Shown piece after piece: positions 36,146 to 45,900 of a stretch of 64,000 nucleotides of DNA. The notes under the pieces were generated by a model that saw nothing but the letters and a program-made list of their open reading frames with translations, had not been told where the DNA came from and ran no database searches. Numbering within the stretch: position 1 is the stretch's first letter; every line of letters starts with the position of its first letter. The position numbers and the translations under genes were made by a program. The stretch is from IMG/VR virus record IMGVR_UViG_3300022694_000001. One strand, given 5' to 3'. Source of the stretch: a virus.

Positions 36146-36717
36146 GCCTCCAACAACTCATCGAACAGGCGAATAAAGAGAATAAAGGTAGCGGCTTCGT
36201 CAGAGAGAAGATGGCCAGATATAATGTGACAAAGCCAAAAAAGGGCGATCCTGACGCGCGCGCGGGCCTGCGCATCGGTCAAGAGGCACGCAAAAGTAAC
36301 GCGAAGATGGTAAAAATCCCAAAAGTGATTCGGACGCTCTTGGATGCCATGAACGACGACGATCTTGACCAAGTGGCCAGGGTGTGGCGCGAGGCAATGA
36401 ACGCGACGCAACAACGCTGGATCGATCAAGGAAAAGATGAAAGTGGCCGGGCCCAAGGTTACGTAGACGAGACTCCGGACCACAAGACGCGATTGGCGGC
36501 CGCGAACATGGTTGCAGCCTACAAGGAAGGGTTGCCGGTGCAGCGCCAGATCCGATTAGACGCGCATTTCGACGAGTTGAGTGATGTGGTGGAGCGATTC
36601 AAGCGATCGCCGGCGGCTCAGGATTTCGTTCGGCGCATGGCTGCAGGCCAGGTTCAAAAATCGGGGGGTGAAAAGCCGGTGGAAAATGCGAGGGAGATCG
36701 AGCCCAGCGAAGGGTAA
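36142..36717 (+). CDS. Putative terminase small subunit
   Basis: PDHKTRLAAANMVAAYKEGLPVQRQ helical pattern; upstream of large terminase (inferred). Confidence 0.5.
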   Translation: MSLQQLIEQANKENKGSGFVREKMARYNVTKPKKGDPDARAGLRIGQEARKSNAKMVKIPKVIRTLLDAMNDDDLDQVARVWREAMNATQQRWIDQGKDESGRAQGYVDETPDHKTRLAAANMVAAYKEGLPVQRQIRLDAHFDELSDVVERFKRSPAAQDFVRRMAAGQVQKSGGEKPVENAREIEPSEG

Positions 36718-36954
36718 TCATTTTTGGAGCCTTTAATGAAGATAACTGATGACGCTGGCCAAGTTGGTTTGTAATGGCTCAGTGATGAAAACAACACGGT
36801 TAGAATACGAGGACGGTGACTGTTCCGAGTCTGCGGATGATCTTCGAGAGTTTTTCACTCCCGAAGAGCGACGCACAATCGACGTTAGCGATTACATATC
36901 ATCCATGACTAAACGTGGCGACTGGCGCGACCCAAGCGAAATCAGGATGGGCGC

Positions 36955-37152
36955 ATGAAGCCGAGTTACCCAAACATGAGCAACGAGGAGTTTAAGGACC
37001 GCATCAAAGCGATCTGCGGTCCGGCGCCAAAGGCTGACCGGCCTTGCGTGCGCAAACCCACTGACCGCGGCTACCATCCGCCACCGACGGCTGTATGGGT
37101 TGAGAACTCGACTATGTGTGTGCTCTACGGTCCACCGAAGGAGGCAGTATGA
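36955..37152 (+). CDS. Hypothetical protein
   Basis: Coupled small ORF. Confidence 0.45.
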   Translation: MKPSYPNMSNEEFKDRIKAICGPAPKADRPCVRKPTDRGYHPPPTAVWVENSTMCVLYGPPKEAV

Positions 37153-37385
37153 GTCCAACCGCGCACGAAATGGAACTTGAACCAGAGCCACCGGACCCGA
37201 GCGAGCTATGCCCGGTCTGCGGCAAGCTGGACTGCGTATGTCCGGCTGACAGCGAAAAGCAGTCGCTTGAGAAGACGTTTTACCGTGACGGTTCGCGCGA
37301 GATCGGGAAAGAGGATGCAATCACTCGTTCCGACATTCAAACCACTGGCGAGAAGATCCCCTTCTTCCGAAGGAGGAAGCAATGA
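37149..37385 (+). CDS. Small Cys-containing protein
   Basis: CPVCGKLDCVC; SD ggagg. Confidence 0.5.
   Translation: MSPTAHEMELEPEPPDPSELCPVCGKLDCVCPADSEKQSLEKTFYRDGSREIGKEDAITRSDIQTTGEKIPFFRRRKQ
37248..37264 (+). promoter_or_regulatory. Palindromic motif, copy 8 (intragenic)
   Basis: GACAGC-gaaaa-GCAGTC. Confidence 0.6.
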
Positions 37386-37615
37386 ACAAAACCTATCTGG
37401 GTGATGGCGTTTACGCTGCCATAGAGAATGGCATGATTAAACTCACGACCGAGAACGGCATCTCTCCAACGAACACGATCTATCTTGAGCCGCAGGTTTA
37501 CGACTCCCTCACGAAATGGGTGGCTCACATCAGTGAACAGGCGACAGAGGAACGCAGGCGTCCGCATGAGGCCAGGGGGTCAAGTGCGTCCAATGCTTGC
37601 TTTGGCGCGTTATGA
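37382..37615 (+). CDS. Hypothetical protein
   Basis: KTYLGDGVYA...NTIYLEPQV conserved-looking phage peptide; SD aggagg. Confidence 0.65.
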   Translation: MNKTYLGDGVYAAIENGMIKLTTENGISPTNTIYLEPQVYDSLTKWVAHISEQATEERRRPHEARGSSASNACFGAL

Positions 37616-38214
37616 AGCGCGTGGCCCTTTACTATCGGGTCTCGACTTACGAGCAATCTGTTGATTCGCAGGCATTGACGTTACGCGAGTATTGCCGGCG
37701 CCGGGGGTGGTCTGAGATCAGGGAGTATTCGGATACTGTGAGCGGCGCGAAGTTTAGCCGTAAAGGACTGGACAAACTGATGGCCGACGTGCGCCGGCGT
37801 AGCGTCGATGCAGTGCTTTGCGTGAAACTGGACAGACTTGGGCGATCGTTACCGCATTTGGCGCAGTTGGTAGGAGAATTAACATCGCATCGTGTGGCTT
37901 TGATTTGTCCGGAGCAAGGCATCGACACGAGCGAAGAAAATCCGGCTGGCAGATTACAGATGCACGTACTGATGGCTATTGCGGAGTTTGAACGGGAGTT
38001 GATCAGGGATCGGACCAGGGCTGGGTTACAAATGGCGCTGGCTCGAGGGGTAAAGCTGGGGCGCCGAAAATTTGAGATGACGATTGATCGCAAGATAATT
38101 CTGGCCAACTGGCGAGAGGGTCGCGGGAACGGGAATGGGTGCACGATCGAGAGCTTGTCGAAAGAGCTTGGCTGCTCGGTCGGAACGGCGCACGCATTGG
38201 CGAAGGAACCATGA
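37612..38214 (+). CDS. Small serine recombinase (resolvase/invertase)
   Basis: ALYYRVST (catalytic Ser), VKLDRLGRS, C-terminal HTH. Confidence 0.9.
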   Translation: MKRVALYYRVSTYEQSVDSQALTLREYCRRRGWSEIREYSDTVSGAKFSRKGLDKLMADVRRRSVDAVLCVKLDRLGRSLPHLAQLVGELTSHRVALICPEQGIDTSEENPAGRLQMHVLMAIAEFERELIRDRTRAGLQMALARGVKLGRRKFEMTIDRKIILANWREGRGNGNGCTIESLSKELGCSVGTAHALAKEP

Positions 38215-38384
38215 GTCTTCACGAAACAAACCAGCTTCGTAAATGGAGTAAAGAAAACCGTGGTAGCGGATCGCGGCGACGCGCTCCGATGTGTGGTCTT
38301 TGCGGTAAACGCCACCGATATGAGGTCCCATGTAAACAAACGCGGACCAACCCAGAACTTCTTGACAGCGAAAAGCAGTCGTGA
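38211..38384 (+). CDS. Small Zn-finger-like protein
   Basis: CGLCGKRH...C. Confidence 0.45.
   Translation: MSLHETNQLRKWSKENRGSGSRRRAPMCGLCGKRHRYEVPCKQTRTNPELLDSEKQS
38364..38380 (+). promoter_or_regulatory. Palindromic motif, copy 9
   Basis: ttGACAGC-gaaaa-GCAGTC upstream of the terminase operon. Confidence 0.75.
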
Positions 38385-38400
38385 TTGACTGCGTAGCGTT

Positions 38401-38622
38401 ATGGCAAGATTCATCGTTTCTCGTGATACCCGGTCCAAGGTTGCCGTTGAAGCTGACGACGCGCAGAAGGCGCAGGAGATGGTGAAAACAGGCAAGGGCG
38501 ACGTGATCGACTACGACGAGACGTTTCGCGCGTCGGCGGACAAACGGCCGTTGACAGCATTGCCGACTGAACCGCCAGGTGTGGCGCCCGATGTGGTGCC
38601 CAAGACGGCTTTGCGTAAGTAA
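38401..38622 (+). CDS. Small hypothetical protein
   Basis: ATG 21 nt after motif copy 9. Confidence 0.6.
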   Translation: MARFIVSRDTRSKVAVEADDAQKAQEMVKTGKGDVIDYDETFRASADKRPLTALPTEPPGVAPDVVPKTALRK

Positions 38623-38629
38623 GGCCAGG

Positions 38630-40444
38630 ATGCCAGCGGCAGCCACGGACGAGCGCGAGATTGTTCTTGAGGCGTTAAAGCTCAATCGCGCGGCGAGCTT
38701 CGAAGTGCTTGGGGCGATAAAGCCGAAGGTTGGTCCGATCATTGAGGCACCAGAATTACAGGCCAATTACCTGCAGCGACTGGAGAGCGAAGTTGTCGAG
38801 CATTGCCTGGTCAACGAGATTCCGTGTCGCATCATCAAATTAAAACCACGGCAGAAAGGCAGCTCTACGTTTTCGGTGTGGAATTTGTTTTGCCACTGCG
38901 GGGATTCACAGAGTAACGCGGCGATCATCGGGAGCACGCACACGCAGGGCGACAATCTGATGAAGATGTTGCGGGTGTATGCCGAGCACAACAAAACGAA
39001 GAACCCGTGTCGGGTGATTGATCGGTTCGCGGACTGGGCGAACGGGAGCATGTGCGACCAGTTGACGGCGAAGAACAAGGAAGCCGGTCGGTCCGGCACG
39101 TATCAAGTGGTGATTGTGACCGAGTATGCGCGTTGGGCTGAGGAAGGCGTAGCGAACGCGGCCGACGTGTTATCGGGGTTAATCAAGACGGTGGCCGATT
39201 CGCCATTTACGCTGATCGAGATTGAGAGCACGGCGAATGGCGCAAGTGGAGATTTCTACCAGCGTTGGACTGACGCGATTACGTTCGAAGAATTGAAGGC
39301 TGGGAAGCAAGGGTATGTGCGCGTGTTCGCGGCATGGTGGCAGTTCAAAGATTCGCGGCGGGATCCGGCGAAGGAAGCCGACCAGGAGCAGTGCATACCT
39401 CCGGATAAAGTCGAGGAAGTCCGACAGAAATTTAACTTGGACGACTGGCAGATTGCGTGGATGCAATGGGCGTGTCGCGAGGAGTGCAAAAAGGATTTCG
39501 ACGTTTTCTGTGAGGAATATCCGTTTGACGCGGAGAGCGCGTTTCGCGTGAGTGGCCGGCGCCGGTTCAACATCCGCAATTTAGAGGCGATGAAAGAGCG
39601 GGCACGCAGTTTCAGTCCGGCGTTTGGGATATTGGACAGCTTTAAGGACGGGAACCAGGAGAAAGTGGTGTGGCGTCCGTGTTCGGTGGAAGAGTGCCGG
39701 GTACTACGATGGGAGCAACCGAAAGTCGGTGCGAAATATCTGCTTTCGGCTGACACGATGACTGGTGAGACGCAGGTTAGCGGGAAAGATCCTGACAACC
39801 ACGGGGTAGGCGTGATTCGGGCCGGGATGATTCAGCAAGGCGTGGGATGGGTGCCGCCGCGGTTGGTGGCGCGGTTAGTGGACGATTACAGCGAATGGGA
39901 GCGCAACAAACGTTACGCGTTACGATGGGACATCGACGTGTTGGAAGAACAAGTCTGGCGACTGGCCGCCTATTACGGCAACTGCATGATCGTGCCGGAG
40001 ATCAACATGGACCGCGGGTTAGTGGAACTGTTGAAGTTGAGGACTGGGGCGCGGCTGTACGAAGAGGAACGTTTTAACCGCCGTGAGCAGACCAAAACGA
40101 AAATGCTGGGTTGGCGGACGGACCAGCACACGCGCGAAATGATGATTGAGAACCTGGCGCGGGCGATACGCGAGCAGGGCAGGCCCGGGGAAGGCGTGGA
40201 CATTTTCTGCGAGATTACGTTGAGCGAGCTACGCGATTTCGTGGTGAAAATGAACGGGCGCAGTGAAGCGATGGCTGGCCGGCACGACGACACAGTGCTT
40301 CAAATGGCGATTGGGTTGATGTGCATTAACGCGGCGACGACGTATGCGCAGCAGCGAATCGAGATCGCGTTGCCGCGGGAATTACAGTTACTGGAAAAGA
40401 TGGAGCGCAGCCAGGAGAACGAGGCGTTAGCGATGAAATGGTGA
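38630..40444 (+). CDS. terL: Terminase large subunit
   Basis: IIKLKPRQKGSST (Walker A), IEIESTANG, LLSADTMTG, GRHDDTVLQMAIG. Confidence 0.9.
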   Translation: MPAAATDEREIVLEALKLNRAASFEVLGAIKPKVGPIIEAPELQANYLQRLESEVVEHCLVNEIPCRIIKLKPRQKGSSTFSVWNLFCHCGDSQSNAAIIGSTHTQGDNLMKMLRVYAEHNKTKNPCRVIDRFADWANGSMCDQLTAKNKEAGRSGTYQVVIVTEYARWAEEGVANAADVLSGLIKTVADSPFTLIEIESTANGASGDFYQRWTDAITFEELKAGKQGYVRVFAAWWQFKDSRRDPAKEADQEQCIPPDKVEEVRQKFNLDDWQIAWMQWACREECKKDFDVFCEEYPFDAESAFRVSGRRRFNIRNLEAMKERARSFSPAFGILDSFKDGNQEKVVWRPCSVEECRVLRWEQPKVGAKYLLSADTMTGETQVSGKDPDNHGVGVIRAGMIQQGVGWVPPRLVARLVDDYSEWERNKRYALRWDIDVLEEQVWRLAAYYGNCMIVPEINMDRGLVELLKLRTGARLYEEERFNRREQTKTKMLGWRTDQHTREMMIENLARAIREQGRPGEGVDIFCEITLSELRDFVVKMNGRSEAMAGRHDDTVLQMAIGLMCINAATTYAQQRIEIALPRELQLLEKMERSQENEALAMKW

Positions 40445-40450
40445 AGGTCT

Positions 40451-40639
40451 ATGGGATTTCCCATAAACATCAAAAATCTGTCTGATGACTGGCCGGCTGG
40501 AAGTTTTGACGAGAAAGGAAACATAACCGGCACGGGTGCTCGGGCGCTGCATGAAGAACTTTGGCGTCAGTCTGGCATGACGGCTGATGAGATAATTGCG
40601 ACTTGGAATGAAAAATCTGATCCTGACGACCAATGGTGA
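40451..40639 (+). CDS. Small hypothetical protein
   Basis: 62-aa ORF after terL. Confidence 0.45.
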   Translation: MGFPINIKNLSDDWPAGSFDEKGNITGTGARALHEELWRQSGMTADEIIATWNEKSDPDDQW

Positions 40640-40932
40640 AGACGGCGTTGCCGACATTATTCTCCCGGATTCGAGAGTTTCAAGCGGCGGCTATTGGTCA
40701 GGGACGGAAAACAGGCATCATCAGGGCTATATCACTGTCATTCCTGAATCGAGATACATTGATGAGCCGTATTATGGTCGCCCAAAACTAAGTGCCGCTG
40801 CCGAGCGCGCTCAATACGATCGCGTTCACTTCGCTCCAAAATCAAAGGTTGAGAAGAAGCCACCACGCCCATTGATTCAATGGGCGCGAGGACGGCGGCC
40901 GACGGCTGCTGATGTTTGGAGTCACTGAATCC

Positions 40933-41277
40933 ATGAGAAATGCGCGTAAGATCAACACCGGGTTCAAAGCGGCAGCAATCATGCCGCCACTGCCGGCAAC
41001 CGAGGTCGAGGAGTGGCTTGCTAATCAGCCACAGATTCAACAGGCAATCCGCGTCATGTACGAGAGAAGCGGAGCAATCATCTGGGATGATGAAAGAAAG
41101 ACCTGGCATGGTAAAGATTGGTTTCCGGGTCTAAGGGTAGTCGTGAAAGCTCGTTCTAAGGGGTGGACGTGGGCTTCCACAAACGGTGTTGACAGCCAAA
41201 GGCCGACGACGGAAACGCGCGGAACCATTATAGGGGAGAAGATTCGACAGGCACACCAGCGACTGAAACCTGCTTGA
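40933..41277 (+). CDS. Hypothetical protein
   Basis: ORF open from 40912; likely ATG 40933. Confidence 0.5.
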   Translation: MRNARKINTGFKAAAIMPPLPATEVEEWLANQPQIQQAIRVMYERSGAIIWDDERKTWHGKDWFPGLRVVVKARSKGWTWASTNGVDSQRPTTETRGTIIGEKIRQAHQRLKPA

Positions 41278-41292
41278 CAGCCAAAGGCAGTC
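41276..41292 (+). promoter_or_regulatory. Palindromic motif, copy 10
   Basis: ttGACAGC-caaag-GCAGTC; TTGACA-17-TAACGA. Confidence 0.75.
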
Positions 41293-41312
41293 GGCTTAAC
41301 GAATCAAGCTAT

Positions 41313-41489
41313 ATGAGCAAAAAAGCATCGACAGCGAAACCGAAGGCAGCGAAAAAGGCAGTGAAGAAAAAAAGTTCCACGGGGAACACGGTCACGCCGG
41401 CGGCGGACATCCCGATTACCCCGAGCAAGACGCCTTATCGTGACATAAACGAAGCGGACCACCAGCAGCAGATCGAAGCCAAAGCCTAA
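41313..41489 (+). CDS. Small Lys-rich (histone-like) protein
   Basis: MSKKASTAKPKAAKKAVKKKSS. Confidence 0.55.
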   Translation: MSKKASTAKPKAAKKAVKKKSSTGNTVTPAADIPITPSKTPYRDINEADHQQQIEAKA

Positions 41490-41493
41490 GTTT

Positions 41494-41802
41494 TCAGTAT
41501 CTGGTGGTAACTTTGCCCGTCCAGCGGTCGAGGATAACGATGCGACTGGGGCCGCGGGATTTGTCTATCATGGCGTGGTAACGGTGGGTGACACTATAGA
41601 TCAGGGCAAAAGCGATGATGGCCACGGCGATAATGAGTGCGCGCGAGTTCTCTTTTAGGAAGGCAACCACTGTGGCGGGGTGTAGCACCGGTTCTGGACT
41701 GGCGCAAACGAATCGTGATTGACAGCGAACCGCTGTCGTGATAGTCGCGTTTACATGCCCGAACCGAACGAAGACGAGCTGAGGAAGCATCCAGCTTACC
41801 AA
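41494..41802 (-). CDS. Small membrane protein on the opposite strand (start uncertain)
   Basis: TM ALIIAVAIIAFALIY plus IVILDRWTGKV. Confidence 0.5.
   Translation of the reverse strand: MVSWMLPQLVFVRFGHVNATITTAVRCQSRFVCASPEPVLHPATVVAFLKENSRALIIAVAIIAFALIYSVTHRYHAMIDKSRGPSRIVILDRWTGKVTTRY
41721..41737 (+). promoter_or_regulatory. Palindromic motif, copy 11
   Basis: ttGACAGC-gaacc-GCTGTC; TTGACA-17-TAGTCG; ATG 41755. Confidence 0.8.
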
Positions 41803-42903
41803 TTAGCGATGCGCGATGCTTCAAGCGGCGCCGTTGACCCACAGAAATTCGGACCACCGGCAGCACTTGGGGCTACTGCAACGCCGACAGCGACCGCCAC
41901 GGCATCGCCGCCGACTGGCGCTACGACGGGCACGACTCCCAGAATAAACCCGCCGGCATCACGTCTCGGTCCAGTTGCGCAGGCAGCGGCTGGCGGACTG
42001 GCAGGTATTCCGCGGCAGGCTCCGGTTGGTGTTGTTGATCGTCCTCCTCCGGTGGGACCGCCTGGAACCGCGCAGCTTTCTCGGATTCTGACTGCGAAGG
42101 CGGCGGGTCAACCGTATGTAGAAGGTGGCCGCGTGAACAATCAGCCTGCCGGAACGGCTGGGATGGATTTCAATACGAACACTGGCGATTGGATCCCTAA
42201 GAGCACAGTTGGAACGATCAATGGGCAACCGGCCAGTGAAGCCATTGCCGCCGCGCGGGCGCGTAACGTTGAGCGACGTGCGCAAATAGCTGGAGCTGCT
42301 GGTGCGTTGCCGCGAGTGCAAACTGCCGGTCCGACGCCTCCAGTTGGCGGGACACAGGCGGTAAAGATCATACCGACTTCCTACTACGCGAAAGGCGGGA
42401 TGGTCCGTCGTCCGGTGATGCGTATGCAGGACGGCGGAATAGTGGACACGATCAGGGATCGAAACCGCGACATATCATCGTTGACAAACGACGGCGACTT
42501 TCCTGCGGCGGCTCAACCTAGCCCGACTCCTACACCAACTCCGCTGGCGTCGGCTCCTCCGGTAACAGGGCAAGAAGCAGCCGCCGTTGATCGCACTATA
42601 GTTGCTGCGGACAAATTCGCCACGGTTGCTCGAGGAGACTTCGACAGGCGTGCTAGAACGTATGCCGGCGGCGGAAAGGTTGCCGGGCCACCGGTAAAAC
42701 GGGACGTGGTTCCGGCGATGCTCACGCCTGGGGAAGCGGTGTTGAACTCGAACCAGCAACAGGCGGTTCGTATAATGCCAAATTTCCGCGATCAGATGAG
42801 TCCTGATGAAGCGGACGCGATGGATAAAATGAATCTGCCGCGAATGCGAACGAGAAATCAGAAGGCTATCAATCCGGTAAACAGATTCGCTAAAGCAGCA
42901 TGA
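41755..42903 (+). CDS. Putative internal virion (ejection) protein
   Basis: YAKGGMV / MQDGGIV / YAGGGKV repeats and DVVPAMLTPGEAVLN, as in phage DNA-delivery proteins. Confidence 0.7.
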   Translation: MPEPNEDELRKHPAYQLAMRDASSGAVDPQKFGPPAALGATATPTATATASPPTGATTGTTPRINPPASRLGPVAQAAAGGLAGIPRQAPVGVVDRPPPVGPPGTAQLSRILTAKAAGQPYVEGGRVNNQPAGTAGMDFNTNTGDWIPKSTVGTINGQPASEAIAAARARNVERRAQIAGAAGALPRVQTAGPTPPVGGTQAVKIIPTSYYAKGGMVRRPVMRMQDGGIVDTIRDRNRDISSLTNDGDFPAAAQPSPTPTPTPLASAPPVTGQEAAAVDRTIVAADKFATVARGDFDRRARTYAGGGKVAGPPVKRDVVPAMLTPGEAVLNSNQQQAVRIMPNFRDQMSPDEADAMDKMNLPRMRTRNQKAINPVNRFAKAA

Positions 42904-42904
42904 G

Positions 42905-45900
42905 ATGGCTGATGAGAATGACGAGCAGCAGCCAGAGCCGCCGGTAATCAACCGGGAGATCGGTCAGAATCCCCTAGTTCCGAGCGCGCCGGCAGACGCC
43001 GAAGAGGCCGCGCCGTTATCGTCGTTCATTCCTCCGGATCAACCTGCGCCACGGGTAATCGTGTTACCGCGGCCACGGCGACAAGGACCGTTGTATCCGC
43101 GCGACAGAATCAATCCGAGTTGGCATCCGAGGGATCGGGCGCCGAAGTACGGGCGTGCTGTAGATCAATTTGATGAAGCGGCCATGTACCGCGAGCAGCA
43201 TCCAGTCGAACGGGATCCAGAGACGGGTGCACTGCGACCGATGCGCGCTGATCAATATCGTCCCGGAAAAAACGTCATTAGTTACGACCAGCAGGGGCGC
43301 CCGAAACCCTTCGATATAGAGGACATGTACCGTGAGGAACAGGGGCAACGGACGAAATTAAACCGTGAAGCCGCGCAGACGTTAAAAGAAGCGCATGTTC
43401 AACTCGAGCGAGATCCGGACACGGGGGTAGTTAGCCCGGTACGCGACGATTCCGGCAACATTCAATATCGTCCGGGGAAAGGCGCGGTCAGTTACGACCA
43501 GCAAGGGCGCGCCATTCAAACACAGTACGACACCAGCGGTCCGAAGCAGGTGGAATTGGATAAGGACTCGGAGATTGGGCCAATCGAAGGGCGACCGCCT
43601 AACGAGCTTTACAAGCAGAACAAGTATTCCCCTTTTGAATACGTCGGCACGATTGATGAAGGCCTGAAACATTCGGACAAGAACATTCAGCAGGCTGCAC
43701 AAACGGCAAAATTGAAGCTGGAACACCGATTGCACGCCGCGGTGGCTAACGACCTGGGCCAGACAGTCAGCGAGCAATCGTTAGTGGTCCAGGGAAAGAT
43801 CAGCGATTTCAAGAGTAAGGGGAAATTACTCGGGCAGTTGAGTCAGCAACTCGATAATTTCGACGCTGAACATCCGGGCATTACCGAAACGGAAGGCGGT
43901 TTTCTGGGGATGGGCGCGCGGCCTAGTCAGACGGCGACAACGTTGCAGGCGCAAAAGGCTGATTTGCAAAAGCAGATCGAAGATTTACAAGGGCAAGGCT
44001 ATTCGACGGACCCGAAGGCGGTAACTGAGTTCACAAAAACCGATCGTGAATCGTTGGCGGCAACGCGCGCGGTGCACGGGGAGTGGTCGTCTGGCACACC
44101 GAAGGAACCCGGCGATTTTGACAGGCTGATTGACAGGCGCAAAGCGATCTTGGCCGAGCAAGGCGTTGACGTGGGCGAAGATCCAATTTTGCAATCGCTT
44201 GAGAAACGGCGCGCGGAGCTTGGGGTTGGAGCGCCGACACCGAAAGATCACGCGGCGGAGGATGAACTGCGCAAAGACGCTACGTTTGGGCCGTTACTGC
44301 AGGAGCGCGACCAGTTGCACTCCGCGCATGAGGCTGCCAGCAACGAGTTGCAAGGTATTCAGGACGAATACGACAAAGTGATCGGTCCGGTCCGCGAACG
44401 ATTGCGCGTGGGCCAGGCGCAGATCGCGCCGATACAAGCCGAAGTCGAGGCTTACAGCCACAAACTCGATCAGGTGCTAGGGATGCCGACGCCAGCGGCG
44501 GGCGACGAACAGGCGCTTGCGGCGCGTGAAGCTGAGTGGAGCACTCGAATCTCGCAGTTGACCGATCCGCGACAAAAAGCGCGGGTGCAAACAGTGTTGA
44601 ACGCTCTGGAGCCTGCAAAACAGCAACTCAGGATGGCGCAAGCGCAGTTGCAACCGGTGCAGGATACGCATGACGCGCTGGTAGAAGAGAACCAGCGGAT
44701 GATCGCGGACCGCCATGCGCAATTTGAGAACGAGTTGGGGCCGCAGAGAGAGGATCTGCAGGCGCGAATGGGTGCTGCGCATCAGCAACGGACCGTGACT
44801 GAGGCTGTGCGTAAAAGCGATGTGCTCGCAAACGTGCTTGGGCCGTTAATGGTGAACCCTAACGACCCAGGGTTTACGCCGTCGTTAGTCCAATCGATTC
44901 AAGAAAATTTAGATCGCCGGAAGCAGGAAGCGATCAAGTCTTGGGATTTTGAGCCAAACGATTTCGAGCGGGAATTATTCGGTGCGCCGTTTCGCATGGT
45001 CGGGGAAGGCTTAAAAGGCTTCGCGCATCTCTCTGAAGGTTTGTTAAAGCTGTTCCCGCAGGAAAAGAACGTTTCTGATCACGAGCAACACGCGGTCTTA
45101 ACCCGATGGGTGGCTGACCAACTTCTGAAAGTGCCAGGGGTGCTTTCGACGCCGCAAAGCGAGAAATCGTTAGCCGGCAAGGCTGGTGGATTTATCGGGG
45201 GCGTTGCTGGCGCAGTCGGCGCGGGGTTAATCGACCCGGCGATATTGGTGCCACAGTTTTTCGGTCAAGGTGTCAACGGTCAGATGGAAGCGGCGAAGCA
45301 AGCGGGAGCTGACGACGCGACGGCGCTAAAGGCTGGTGTTCTCGGTGGCACAATCAACGCGCTTCTGGCAATTCCGTTCGAAGGATTCGGTAAGGCGCTC
45401 ACGGAGACGTTTGGCAGCGCGAAACAGAGCGCGATTCAGAAAGCGTTAAAGGAATCATACGAGCGCGGAGGCGCGGAAGCTGTTGCCAATGATTTAACGA
45501 TTCTGCGTAACTCGATGATAAAAACCGCCGGGCGGTCCGCGTTTCAAAAGACTGCCGTGGATGCGTTGCAGCCCATCATTGAAGAAATCACCAAAACACC
45601 GTTGCAACGGGCGGGACAGGTTGGAATCGAAGTGCTAAAAGATAGCGCGCTTTTTGCCGGCGTTCAGGCAGCTCAAAACGCGGTTACAAAGACGTACAAT
45701 CCGGACACCGGGCTTTTCGAGAATGTTCCGACAGCGGCCTTTGAAGGCGGAGTGCTTGGGGCGTTCTTTGGTGGGTTACGGCAGGTTGGCCGGGCGCAAA
45801 AGGCTGGGGCGGCACGTGAAGAAATTGCGACTGGCTTGGCGAAACAGGCGCGTGCTGGCGAAGTGCAGCCGATGGGTGTGGAGAGAGCTTTGCCGGAGAC

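Noticed and set aside
37647-38766. Long minus-strand ORFs (282 and 246 aa)
   Set aside because: Shadows of the resolvase and terminase-operon genes
32387-40444. Inteins or introns in dnaB or terL
   Set aside because: Lengths are normal, motifs are contiguous, and no intein splice-junction motifs were seen
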